A DNA stretch of 32,425 bases from Promethearchaeota archaeon (lineage in GTDB: Archaea; Asgardarchaeota; Lokiarchaeia; Sigyniarchaeales; SOKP01), in the NCBI GenBank assembly GCA_004524535.1, contig SDNY01000033.1, positions 1 to 32,425 of the forward strand. The letters run 5' to 3'. Position 1 is the first letter of the stretch. The number at the start of each line of letters is the position of its first letter. Below are positions 10,097 to 18,236 of this stretch, in pieces. The translations under genes and the position numbers were made by a program. The notes under the pieces are model-generated. The model was not told where the DNA came from, searched no databases, and saw nothing but the letters and a program-made list of their open reading frames with translations.

Positions 10097-11197
10097 TTAT
10101 TCATCACCGCTTGTTATAATAAATCTTTCATAGTCTAAATTTAAAAGTTTCATATCTTTTTCAGTAAAATTTGAAAGCGTATTATTAATTTCAATAATTT
10201 CTCTTCTTAAAGCAATCAAATCATCTTGTATCTCATCAACGATATTATTTTCGTTGAATGAAACGTTCTCGATAAAATTCATATAGTTATATTTTTTATT
10301 TTTTCCAGAGTAATATGATTTAATTTTTATTAATTTATCATTAATTGTTTCCATTTTATACCTAAAATTTAATAATTGCATGAGTTTAGAATTCCAATCT
10401 TTGCAAATTGGAGCTTCATTTTTAATATTGTCAATATCAAATTTATCTGGTAATTTTATATTCTCGTCTTTAAGATAATTTATAATATCTTTATTTTCTT
10501 CAATGGCTTTATTTATTATTTTAATGAAGTTTTTGGTATTTAATAAAGGGTCAAATATTTTGATAAATTTTTCAATTTCATCTTTAATTTCTTTAAATCG
10601 TTCATAAAATCCTTCAATAGTAATTTCCATTTTAATAGCTTGATAGATATTCCCAAATTGATCTATTATATAATATAGATCGTTTGAAAGACAATAGTCA
10701 TTGGCTCCAATTTCAAAAATAAAAGGATGTATCGCAGTACTTATTTCACATCGTACCCCCTTTAACCTAGTTAATGCTAGATTAAAATTCCTTTTAGTTA
10801 GAAATTTAAATTTCTTTTTAATCATTGCAAAAAGTAATTCTTCAGGGACAATAATAGTATTTTGCTTTATTTCTATTGTCTCATCTCCTAGTTTTACGAT
10901 AAAATCATCCTCTTTTGCCTCAAACTCCCTCATGCTTCTTATATTTCTAAGTAATCCTAAATCAACGGCAATCTCAAGGAAAGAACGTTTCCAAAAGGTT
11001 AACAAATTCCCTTTAAAAACATCATCTAATATTAAAACTCTTTCATACGAATCAATAATTTCTTGATCATTTAAATCCTTAAAAAGGTCATTTCTAACCA
11101 CGTATAGAAATAGAACAATATATCTCATCTCAATATCGTCAAGAATCTTATTGATTAAGTTCTTATCATATTCCAATGATAATGTTTTATGTTCCAA
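10097..11197 (-). CDS. Hypothetical protein with possible winged-helix region and C-terminal helical bundle
   Basis: 366 aa; first gene of the minus-strand operon. LTKRNFNLALTRLKG..FIFEIGANDYCLS resembles a WH recognition helix and wing; heptad-rich C-terminus. Confidence 0.75.
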   Translation of the reverse strand: MEHKTLSLEYDKNLINKILDDIEMRYIVLFLYVVRNDLFKDLNDQEIIDSYERVLILDDVFKGNLLTFWKRSFLEIAVDLGLLRNIRSMREFEAKEDDFIVKLGDETIEIKQNTIIVPEELLFAMIKKKFKFLTKRNFNLALTRLKGVRCEISTAIHPFIFEIGANDYCLSNDLYYIIDQFGNIYQAIKMEITIEGFYERFKEIKDEIEKFIKIFDPLLNTKNFIKIINKAIEENKDIINYLKDENIKLPDKFDIDNIKNEAPICKDWNSKLMQLLNFRYKMETINDKLIKIKSYYSGKNKKYNYMNFIENVSFNENNIVDEIQDDLIALRREIIEINNTLSNFTEKDMKLLNLDYERFIITSGDE

Positions 11198-11416
11198 ACC
11201 TAAAATCCACTCAATTTTTTTAAAGTTCGTTTGACTAAAAAGAGTAAGTGGTAAAATAAAGCATTCCTAAAAAATTTTACGATTTTTCTTTAACCTATTA
11301 CTTAAAAAAAAGCAAAAATTTTTTACATCTAATTCTTAATTATATTATAGTTAAGAACATTACTTTTTATCAATTTTTAATATCATTATAAAAATTAAAA
11401 ATATTAGGAGATTTGT

Positions 11417-12001
11417 TTGGGAAGAAGAAAAAGAAAACAACCAGGTTATAAGCGAGTTAAGAGGGTACCAAAGATATTCAATTGCCCTTCTTGTGGTGAA
11501 AAGAGCGTAAAGGTTGAGAATATTAGAAAATCTGCGATCGCAACGGTAAAATGCGGATTTTGCGGGCTGAACAAGGACGTATTAGTTAACTCCATTTCGG
11601 AACCTGTTGATGCATTTGGAGATTTTATTGATATTTTTTACGCAGATCAAGAATTACAGAGATTAGAAAAACGTATTGAAAAATTAATAAAAGATAAAGA
11701 ATATGGAGAATTAGCCTTGTGCTATAGTATCCTATCAGATATTTGTAAAGCAAAGGCAGCAGAAGCCTTAGAAGACGAGGATAATATTGACATGGATGTA
11801 GTTAATAATTGGAAAATCAGAGGCGAAGAATACAAAAGGAAAGAGAAAGATGCATTACTAAAATTAGACACAGATGAATTAGAGAGAGGTATTAAAACTG
11901 ACGAGGAATCTCTTTTTGCTGAGCATAAAGAAGGCGGGGGAATAAAGAAAGAGAAAAAGATCGAGGATATCTTTGAAGATCCTGGATTTTTAGAGTTTTA
12001 A
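11417..12001 (+). CDS. elf1: Transcription elongation factor Elf1 with long C-terminal extension
   Basis: MGRRKRK basic N-terminus, FNCPSC..CGFCG zinc ribbon and EPVDAFGDFID. AGGAG precedes the TTG start. Confidence 0.88.
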   Translation: MGRRKRKQPGYKRVKRVPKIFNCPSCGEKSVKVENIRKSAIATVKCGFCGLNKDVLVNSISEPVDAFGDFIDIFYADQELQRLEKRIEKLIKDKEYGELALCYSILSDICKAKAAEALEDEDNIDMDVVNNWKIRGEEYKRKEKDALLKLDTDELERGIKTDEESLFAEHKEGGGIKKEKKIEDIFEDPGFLEF

Positions 12002-12009
12002 GTTTTCTC

Positions 12010-13725
12010 CTAAGATTTAAGAATAATTTCCTTTATCATTGAAGGAATGTTTTTCCAAATTGGTAATTTTAAGGCAAAATTAAAAAATTCCTTGTAATTT
12101 AGTTTCTTTTTTTTAATGAGAAAGCTCCAGTTATAAAATGCTAATTTATTAAATAGGTTTATAAAATTAACTCCAATTGGATTATATTTCCAAGCTAAAA
12201 ATTTGGCTAAATATGCTCCAAATTGTTTAGTTTGCCCTTTTGATTCGGGATAAACAGATTCAGCTAAAGATCGATTAAAAAGTTCATAGATTGAAAATAT
12301 AGGAAGAAGTTTTTCTAAGATTTCATTGATTTTAACTTTGTAATTTGCATCATCTAAAGAAAACGAACTCATTTCGTTTAACTTTTTAACTGCATAACGG
12401 AACTGTCTTTCTTTAAAATAAAGCCACATTTTTCCCATTTGATCTCTGAGGTCTTTTAAAGCATTATTTACTTCCTTATCATCAAAGATAAATCTTTGTT
12501 CTTTTTCATATAGTCTTATAATAGTTAAAAAGATTGAATTTGTTGACTCTTCGTCAAAATCTCCGTAACCTACACGTTTACTTAAAAATCTGAGTTTTAA
12601 TTCTTTAGAAGTTGGACTATGTATTGTATGAGTATAAAGACAGGTGGTCCATAATAAATCTTTAATTTTCTCCAATAAATTTCTATGGAGGATGCAGATT
12701 CTTATTATAGAAAATTGTCGAGATAACTTACGTTTTGGAATTAGCAATTCAATGTAAAGCCTAATTTTATCAAAAAAACTGTAGCTTTTTATTAAGTTTT
12801 GCTTCCTTTTTTTATAGAACGCTATTTTTTTGGTTAATAATCTATTAAGAATCATCAGATTTTTTATATAAGAATAGAAATCAATATTATATTTTTGAAC
12901 GATGGATTCATAAGAAATTAAAGGAATTTTTAAAGTATTGACTGAACTAGGTTTTTCAATGCTCATGGCGTGATCTCCAATAGTATAAGAGAAATTTACA
13001 TTCTGTAAGGTTTCTCCTAAAGACGAGAATTTACCTAAATAATTTTGTTCACCAGTAAAATATCCGTGTAATAGCGTATTAACTCCCCTAAAAACATTAT
13101 TTTCATACTCAGATATCATAACTGATTCGAATTCACCCGGATGATGTCTTTTAGATTTGAGTTTCTGATTTACGAGAAAAATTGCTTGATTTGCTTTATG
13201 GCATACGGTATAAACCCATTTCATTAAAGGATCTAATATTTTTGCTAATCTAAACCAATAATTGTAGAATTCTGGACCAAAATATATTGGAAATCCAAAT
13301 CCACGAGAAAACGAATATATAAATTGAAATATATTTCTAGTTTTCTCCCCTTTTAAAAATCCCGGAAATTTAAAATGCAACACGACTCGTGGAAATAAGG
13401 CATCTAAACCTAAATTCATCCACGCCTCAAAAAGGATTATACCATCAGGAAATCTAAAAGAATCTTTTTTACTTATGAAATCATCGCTTAAGGTATTTAA
13501 AGCAGTTGGAATCGTAAAAAGCCAATCCATATTCTTTCTTACAGTTTTTAATCCTTCCTTAAACTTCTTAAAAATTAAAGGTTGAATCTGTTTTTGAATC
13601 TCTGTCTTTTTATAATAATACTTATTCAAAACTCGAAACAACGAGAAAATTTCCAATATTCTTCTTTGTAGATCGTAAACAACTTTTACAGTTAAGCCCT
13701 CTTGAGCTTTATAAGTGGATTGCAA
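12010..13725 (-). CDS. Hypothetical protein, basic and aromatic-rich
   Basis: 571-aa ORF with AAGGTA upstream of TTG; no recognised motif. Confidence 0.78.
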   Translation of the reverse strand: MQSTYKAQEGLTVKVVYDLQRRILEIFSLFRVLNKYYYKKTEIQKQIQPLIFKKFKEGLKTVRKNMDWLFTIPTALNTLSDDFISKKDSFRFPDGIILFEAWMNLGLDALFPRVVLHFKFPGFLKGEKTRNIFQFIYSFSRGFGFPIYFGPEFYNYWFRLAKILDPLMKWVYTVCHKANQAIFLVNQKLKSKRHHPGEFESVMISEYENNVFRGVNTLLHGYFTGEQNYLGKFSSLGETLQNVNFSYTIGDHAMSIEKPSSVNTLKIPLISYESIVQKYNIDFYSYIKNLMILNRLLTKKIAFYKKRKQNLIKSYSFFDKIRLYIELLIPKRKLSRQFSIIRICILHRNLLEKIKDLLWTTCLYTHTIHSPTSKELKLRFLSKRVGYGDFDEESTNSIFLTIIRLYEKEQRFIFDDKEVNNALKDLRDQMGKMWLYFKERQFRYAVKKLNEMSSFSLDDANYKVKINEILEKLLPIFSIYELFNRSLAESVYPESKGQTKQFGAYLAKFLAWKYNPIGVNFINLFNKLAFYNWSFLIKKKKLNYKEFFNFALKLPIWKNIPSMIKEIILKS

Positions 13726-13871
13726 TAGATTTAACTACCTTACCTTGAAAATGATTATATTATGTAGTATTGTTTTTAATTTTTTAATGTTAGTTAAAAT
13801 CTCTATTAAGTAGTGAGTATTTTTTCACAATTTTTGATAAATTAAAAAGTAATAATAAAAAATGTTTATTA

Positions 13872-14321
13872 TTATTGTGAGGACCGCCTCTTGCTAAAAA
13901 GTTCTTTGAGCTCCCCCATTATTGCGCCTCTTAAACTTTGTGGACTTGACGGACCCCTAGGTCCTGGTGGTGGACCTCCAGGCGGACCTCCAGGCGGAGG
14001 TGGTGGACCTCCAGGTGGACCTCCAGGTGGACCTCCAGGTGGAGGTGGTGGACCTCCAGGCGCCCCTCCAGGCGGAGGTGGTGCCCCTCCAGGTGCCCCT
14101 CCGGGGGCTGGTGCAGCCACACCTCTAGCTTTTATCGTATTAATATCATTGCTCAAACTATTAATTTTTGTTTGCAATGCTCCAATTCGATCATCAACCA
14201 GATCTGGAATTCGAAGAATAATCGTCATTATTTTTTCAACTATATCCCCGAACGCATTTACTTTTTCTTCAATTGGAGATTTTTTTGCGTCTGCAATGAA
14301 GCTCGCAAACTCATCGGCCAT
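13872..14321 (-). CDS. Coiled-coil + polyproline + C-terminal WH2-like helix protein (candidate actin regulator)
   Basis: N-terminal heptads, a Pro/Gly tract with two GPPPPP motifs, and C-terminal SLRGAIMGELKELFSKRR. GGTGA ribosome-binding site upstream of ATG. Confidence 0.75.
   Translation of the reverse strand: MADEFASFIADAKKSPIEEKVNAFGDIVEKIMTIILRIPDLVDDRIGALQTKINSLSNDINTIKARGVAAPAPGGAPGGAPPPPGGAPGGPPPPPGGPPGGPPGGPPPPPGGPPGGPPPGPRGPSSPQSLRGAIMGELKELFSKRRSSQ
13961..14107. repeat. GC-rich low-complexity coding repeat (GGACCTCCAGG(T/C) units) encoding the Pro/Gly tract
   Basis: Multiple tandem copies of ggacctccaggt/ggacctccaggc and gcccctccagg in an otherwise very AT-rich window. Confidence 0.9.
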
Positions 14322-14582
14322 TTAATTATTCACCACTACTATTTATCGTTCACTATAATTGATAATAAATAATACTAATTAGAAAGTAAAAATTTTCTAA
14401 TTAATATATATTAGTTTTGTTTAATAAAAATTTGTTTTGTGATAAAAATACCAATTTGTTCTAAATAAATATTAAAAAAATGATAATATTCCTTTGATTA
14501 ACAGGCATTCAATATTTCATGAAATCTAGTATTAATTAATTCAAAAGCATAAAAAAATATAAAAAAACAAAGATATTTTAAT

Positions 14583-15206
14583 CTAACTCATTTTAGAAAT
14601 AGAATCTTTTAATTTCAGCCATAACTCATTAAGTTCAGCTCTAACTTGTAAAAATTGATCAATTTCTTTACGTAGAATATTTTTGGACCGATCAAATTCT
14701 CTTTGTGAATCGTCTAATCGATTTTCAAGTTCAGTTAACTTAGCTCCTTCAATTAATTTATTTTTGGTCTTTTCTATGTTTAAAGCTTTTTTTATGACGT
14801 TTGATCTTTTACCAGCAAGCTCAATTAACGCATTCGCAAATAAATCCTTTCGTGTGGCTAAGTCATCTTTTCTAATTGCGAGATTTTTTATTGCATTGAT
14901 ATATAAAGTATTTGCTTCTAAATATTCATCATTTGCATTAATTAAATTTTCAAAAGTGTTTACCTCCTCTTCATCAACATTGGATCTATGTTCTCTCGCT
15001 AAAGTCTGCATCTGTTTTAAAACATCCCTAAAAATTCGATTTAAAGTCTGTCTAGCAATATTCATTTTGGCAAGATCAGTAGCAAGTTTAATTTGAGATT
15101 TGCCAACAGCTCTCTGCCATTTAGCAAGCTTTTTAAGCTGGGTTGCTAGTTCTTTTTCATTTTTTGCTAATTCCAGTTCATCTTGATGGGTGATTATTGG
15201 ACTCAT
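14583..15206 (-). CDS. All-helical coiled-coil protein, BAR-domain-like
   Basis: 207 aa, only one Pro, long amphipathic helices. C-terminal KLTELENRLDDSQREFDRSKNILRKEIDQF resembles helix 3 of SNX/Vps5-type BAR domains. GAGGA upstream. Confidence 0.55.
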   Translation of the reverse strand: MSPIITHQDELELAKNEKELATQLKKLAKWQRAVGKSQIKLATDLAKMNIARQTLNRIFRDVLKQMQTLAREHRSNVDEEEVNTFENLINANDEYLEANTLYINAIKNLAIRKDDLATRKDLFANALIELAGKRSNVIKKALNIEKTKNKLIEGAKLTELENRLDDSQREFDRSKNILRKEIDQFLQVRAELNELWLKLKDSISKMS

Positions 15207-15287
15207 TTTATTCCTCTTCTTTTTAAATTCTTTTTATTTTTTATTTCTTAATCTTATTATATTTTTTTTTATTTTTTAAATTCTGAT

Positions 15288-16319
15288 TTAAAATGGATAA
15301 ATTGCAGTTAATATATTATCTTTATAATTTGCCTTAATTACTTTTGCTTTAAGATACTTTCCAATTAATTCATCTGAGATTAATGGCTTTTTAAGAATTA
15401 CTTTAATACCAATATTTTCATTAATTTTACCTATGCACTCTCTTTTCCATCGCCCTTTCGAAAGAATTTCTAATTTAATTAAATCATTCTTCTTTAAACT
15501 TAAAGTATCTACGCTTTTTCTTTTATGAATACCAAAGTCTCTCGGTCCAAGTTTCAATTTAATGTTGTATTTCTTTTCTAATTCAGATAGGCGTTTATAA
15601 AAATAACCCCACGTTTTTGGTCGAATTCTTCCTAATTTTCTCCCAGTTTTATAAATTAAATATTTTTGAATTCCAATTTGAATTTTTTTTTCAGAATATC
15701 CTTTATCCCTTAAATCCATTATAAATTCAATAATATCTTCAAGATCTTTATCATTTTTTCCTGGAAACCAAACTGGAGCAATTAAAAGGTCAATATTTGA
15801 TTCTAATATAAACTGTATATTTTCTAAAAGTTTTCTCATGTTATATTCTTTAGTATTACATAAATAATTAGCAAATTCTTCACTTAATGTATTTAAGCTA
15901 AGATTTATTCGTGTAAGATTGACATCTTCTAGTTTCTTAATTATCTCTCTTGTAAGTAATAATCCATTTGTCTGCATTGAAATGATATTGATTCCTTCTA
16001 TTTTCCAAAGCAATTTTATTAATTCAACCAATTCAGAATATAACAAAATTTCTCCGTACGATGCCAAATGAATTTCAATATCGTATTTTCCCTTAATTTC
16101 AATAATTTCCTCAAGTTTTTCAACTATATAATTAGGATCTACAATAAAATTGGTCTCATAATCTCCCGCACTTACAAAACAATATCTACATTTCAAATTA
16201 CACAAAGTTAAAGGTTTTAGCTCAATAATATTAGTTCCACGGTCTATAATTCCAATGAAATCTACTCCAAACAATGGAATTCCCGATTTTTTATTTACAT
16301 ATATTACTTCTTTTACCAT
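15288..16319 (-). CDS. Radical SAM Fe-S protein (archaeal COG2100-like) with C-terminal TRAM-like beta domain
   Basis: IPLFGVDFIGIIDRGTNIIELKPLTLCNLKCRYC (CX3CX2C), MQTNG, DFGIHKR. ATG at 16319 is preferred over TTG at 16328. Confidence 0.85.
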   Translation of the reverse strand: MVKEVIYVNKKSGIPLFGVDFIGIIDRGTNIIELKPLTLCNLKCRYCFVSAGDYETNFIVDPNYIVEKLEEIIEIKGKYDIEIHLASYGEILLYSELVELIKLLWKIEGINIISMQTNGLLLTREIIKKLEDVNLTRINLSLNTLSEEFANYLCNTKEYNMRKLLENIQFILESNIDLLIAPVWFPGKNDKDLEDIIEFIMDLRDKGYSEKKIQIGIQKYLIYKTGRKLGRIRPKTWGYFYKRLSELEKKYNIKLKLGPRDFGIHKRKSVDTLSLKKNDLIKLEILSKGRWKRECIGKINENIGIKVILKKPLISDELIGKYLKAKVIKANYKDNILTAIYPF

Positions 16320-16324
16320 TTTTT

Positions 16325-17398
16325 TCAAAGTTTATATCTTAAAATCGCTATCAATGATCCCAAATCGACTATTTGTTGACCTGTGGAATGCTCCGAACTT
16401 AAAATATTTACACTGCCACCCGCTTTTTCCACATTAGTAATAATTTCTTCAATTTTAAGCTTATCTTCTTTTGATGATCCTCTAATTATAACATCTGCTA
16501 AAAAAAGTTCTTTTACAGCGCCTCGTTCAGAGGCATTTAATATTTCTTCAAAACCTATAGCAATAAGATCGGCATTCGTGTTGAAAAGAGCTAAAATTTC
16601 TTCTATTTTATTAGATTCTTGTAAAATTTTAATATTCTTTTTTAATTGAGCTAATTCTTTGGACTTTAATGTTTCCAAAATAGCACTTTCTGTACCAGAA
16701 CTTGCATGAATGCTTTTAATTTTAGATATATAGTCTGGGCTTGATACTTCTTTTATATATTTGATAAATTGAGTTCTTGTATTGCCTGGACCACATACGA
16801 TTATTAGATTTACTTCTGTATTCTTAAGATTCTCTTCCAGTATTTTTCGAATATCCTCGAAAAATTCTTTTAGAGCTTTGTTTCGGTGAGATTGCTCGTA
16901 TCTTTTACCTGGTATGGTTCTTTTGACGCTCGCAATTCTGGCTTGACTATAATTTGTTATAAGCGATAAAGTTGCAAGCCCCGTCTCCATTGCTATAAAG
17001 AACATTACAAAATTATCCTCGAATTTTGAGGTTTCTTTTAACCGTTTCAATTCATTTTTTAGCCATTTTTCTTTAGAAATGGTTATTTTTTGCCCAGGTT
17101 CTATATTAAATGTGTGATACGTTCCATAACTTACAAAATCTTCAGGCCCTTCAATAATTGTCCCTTTTACTCTTAATCTATTTGAGAATTCGTGAAAAGC
17201 AATGTCTTTAACTTCTAACTTTAAAAACATTGGTTTTCTTTCGCCTTTCGATCCCTCTTTAAGGACCACTCTTCTCTGTGTTCGAGCAGCAGCTTTATCC
17301 CCTTCTGAAAGTACATTGTACAACGTCCATAAATCATTAAGATTTTCTACTTTTACTTTGATTTCTCCTAGTTTTTGATTTTCAGCTAAAATCTTCAC
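16325..17398 (-). CDS. pelA: mRNA surveillance/ribosome rescue factor Pelota (Dom34)
   Basis: ENLNDLWTLYN, FHEFSNRLRVKGTI, GTYHTFNI, IPGK, GPG, SSEHSTGQQ..LGSLIAILRY. Confidence 0.95.
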   Translation of the reverse strand: MKILAENQKLGEIKVKVENLNDLWTLYNVLSEGDKAAARTQRRVVLKEGSKGERKPMFLKLEVKDIAFHEFSNRLRVKGTIIEGPEDFVSYGTYHTFNIEPGQKITISKEKWLKNELKRLKETSKFEDNFVMFFIAMETGLATLSLITNYSQARIASVKRTIPGKRYEQSHRNKALKEFFEDIRKILEENLKNTEVNLIIVCGPGNTRTQFIKYIKEVSSPDYISKIKSIHASSGTESAILETLKSKELAQLKKNIKILQESNKIEEILALFNTNADLIAIGFEEILNASERGAVKELFLADVIIRGSSKEDKLKIEEIITNVEKAGGSVNILSSEHSTGQQIVDLGSLIAILRYKL

Positions 17399-17529
17399 GT
17401 ATCTTTACTAACTCCAAAAAAAAAATATAATTATATTATAAGAGTATTAGATAGTAGAAAAATTCACACTCTACAGATCAAAGGAAAAAATAAATAAAAA
17501 AAAGATAAAGAAAATAAACCTATTTATTA

Positions 17530-17682
17530 TTATTTGTCGCCTAACGCTTCTTTTACCTTCGCAAGTTCTTCCATACGTTTCTTTTTCTCTTCCTCTCTCC
17601 TCTTCATCTCAGCTTCGTCAGGCGATGCAAGACTAACGCCTTTCTTTATAGCGTCTTTAAGTTCATCATCTAGTTGTGGCAT
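17530..17682 (-). CDS. Unannotated 50-aa small protein with WH2-like N-terminus
   Basis: Hand translation: MPQLDDELKDAIKKGVSLASPDEAEMKRREEEKKKRMEELAKVKEALGDK*. ATG start with AAAGGTG upstream; GC content visibly above the flanking spacers; fills the gap between the GNAT gene and pelota. Confidence 0.8.
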   Translation of the reverse strand: MPQLDDELKDAIKKGVSLASPDEAEMKRREEEKKKRMEELAKVKEALGDK

Positions 17683-17768
17683 TTTTTCTCAACACCTTTT
17701 TGTCTAATAATTTAACTAGAAAATTAAATTTTTTATATACTCATTATAATAGAATTCATTTATAAGTT

Positions 17769-18236
17769 TTAGTTATTATTATCTTCGATTTCTTTTTCCA
17801 TTAAATAAGCGCTTTCTTTTGATTTATAATAGTTTTCTATTCTTTTGATTTTTCTGAAATTGAACTTCTCGTATAATTTAATGGCGTCGGAATTGTTAGT
17901 TTTAACATTTAGAATAATTTTTTTTATATTTTCTTCTGTTTTTTTAATTCTTTTTATCGTATATTTTAATAATAAGGAACCATAGCCTTTATTTTGATAT
18001 TTGGGATTAATCACGAAATTAATGATATTTAAATCTCCATCTTTTAGATCTTTTACAACAATTACAAATCCAACCAAAATTTTTTTAATTCCTGTTTTTT
18101 CAAGTTTATAAAACATTGTATTCTGGTGAATTAATTTTTCAAGTACTTCTTTTGAAAACGCGTCCTCCGTAAATACTTCATGTTCTAAATTACTGATTGC
18201 TGTTAAATCTTTTGGAGATACTTTCTTAATTTTCAT
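17769..18236 (-). CDS. GNAT N-acetyltransferase (RimI/Ard1-like)
   Basis: INPKYQNKGYGSLLL acetyl-CoA motif, LNVKTNNSDAIKLYEKFNF, NYY..ESAYLM. Likely start is MKIKK at 18236, overlapping the upstream stop. Confidence 0.88.
   Translation of the reverse strand: MKIKKVSPKDLTAISNLEHEVFTEDAFSKEVLEKLIHQNTMFYKLEKTGIKKILVGFVIVVKDLKDGDLNIINFVINPKYQNKGYGSLLLKYTIKRIKKTEENIKKIILNVKTNNSDAIKLYEKFNFRKIKRIENYYKSKESAYLMEKEIEDNNN

Noticed and set aside
2331-11197. Calling the operon Wadjet (jetABCD), a provirus or another mobile element
   Set aside because: No TOPRIM nuclease, integrase, transposase, capsid gene or terminal repeats were recognised; base composition looks like the flanks; the SMC-like gene is short and degenerate.
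13961-14107. GC-rich repeats as a CRISPR array, RNA gene or foreign insert
   Set aside because: Units are codon-phased and lack unique spacers; fully explained by polyproline coding.
13891-14325. Antisense Gly/Pro-rich ORF (and 13931..14122)
   Set aside because: Pro and Gly codons are mutual reverse complements, so the GC-rich repeat is stop-free on both strands. The minus-strand gene has the ATG, SD and coherent domains.
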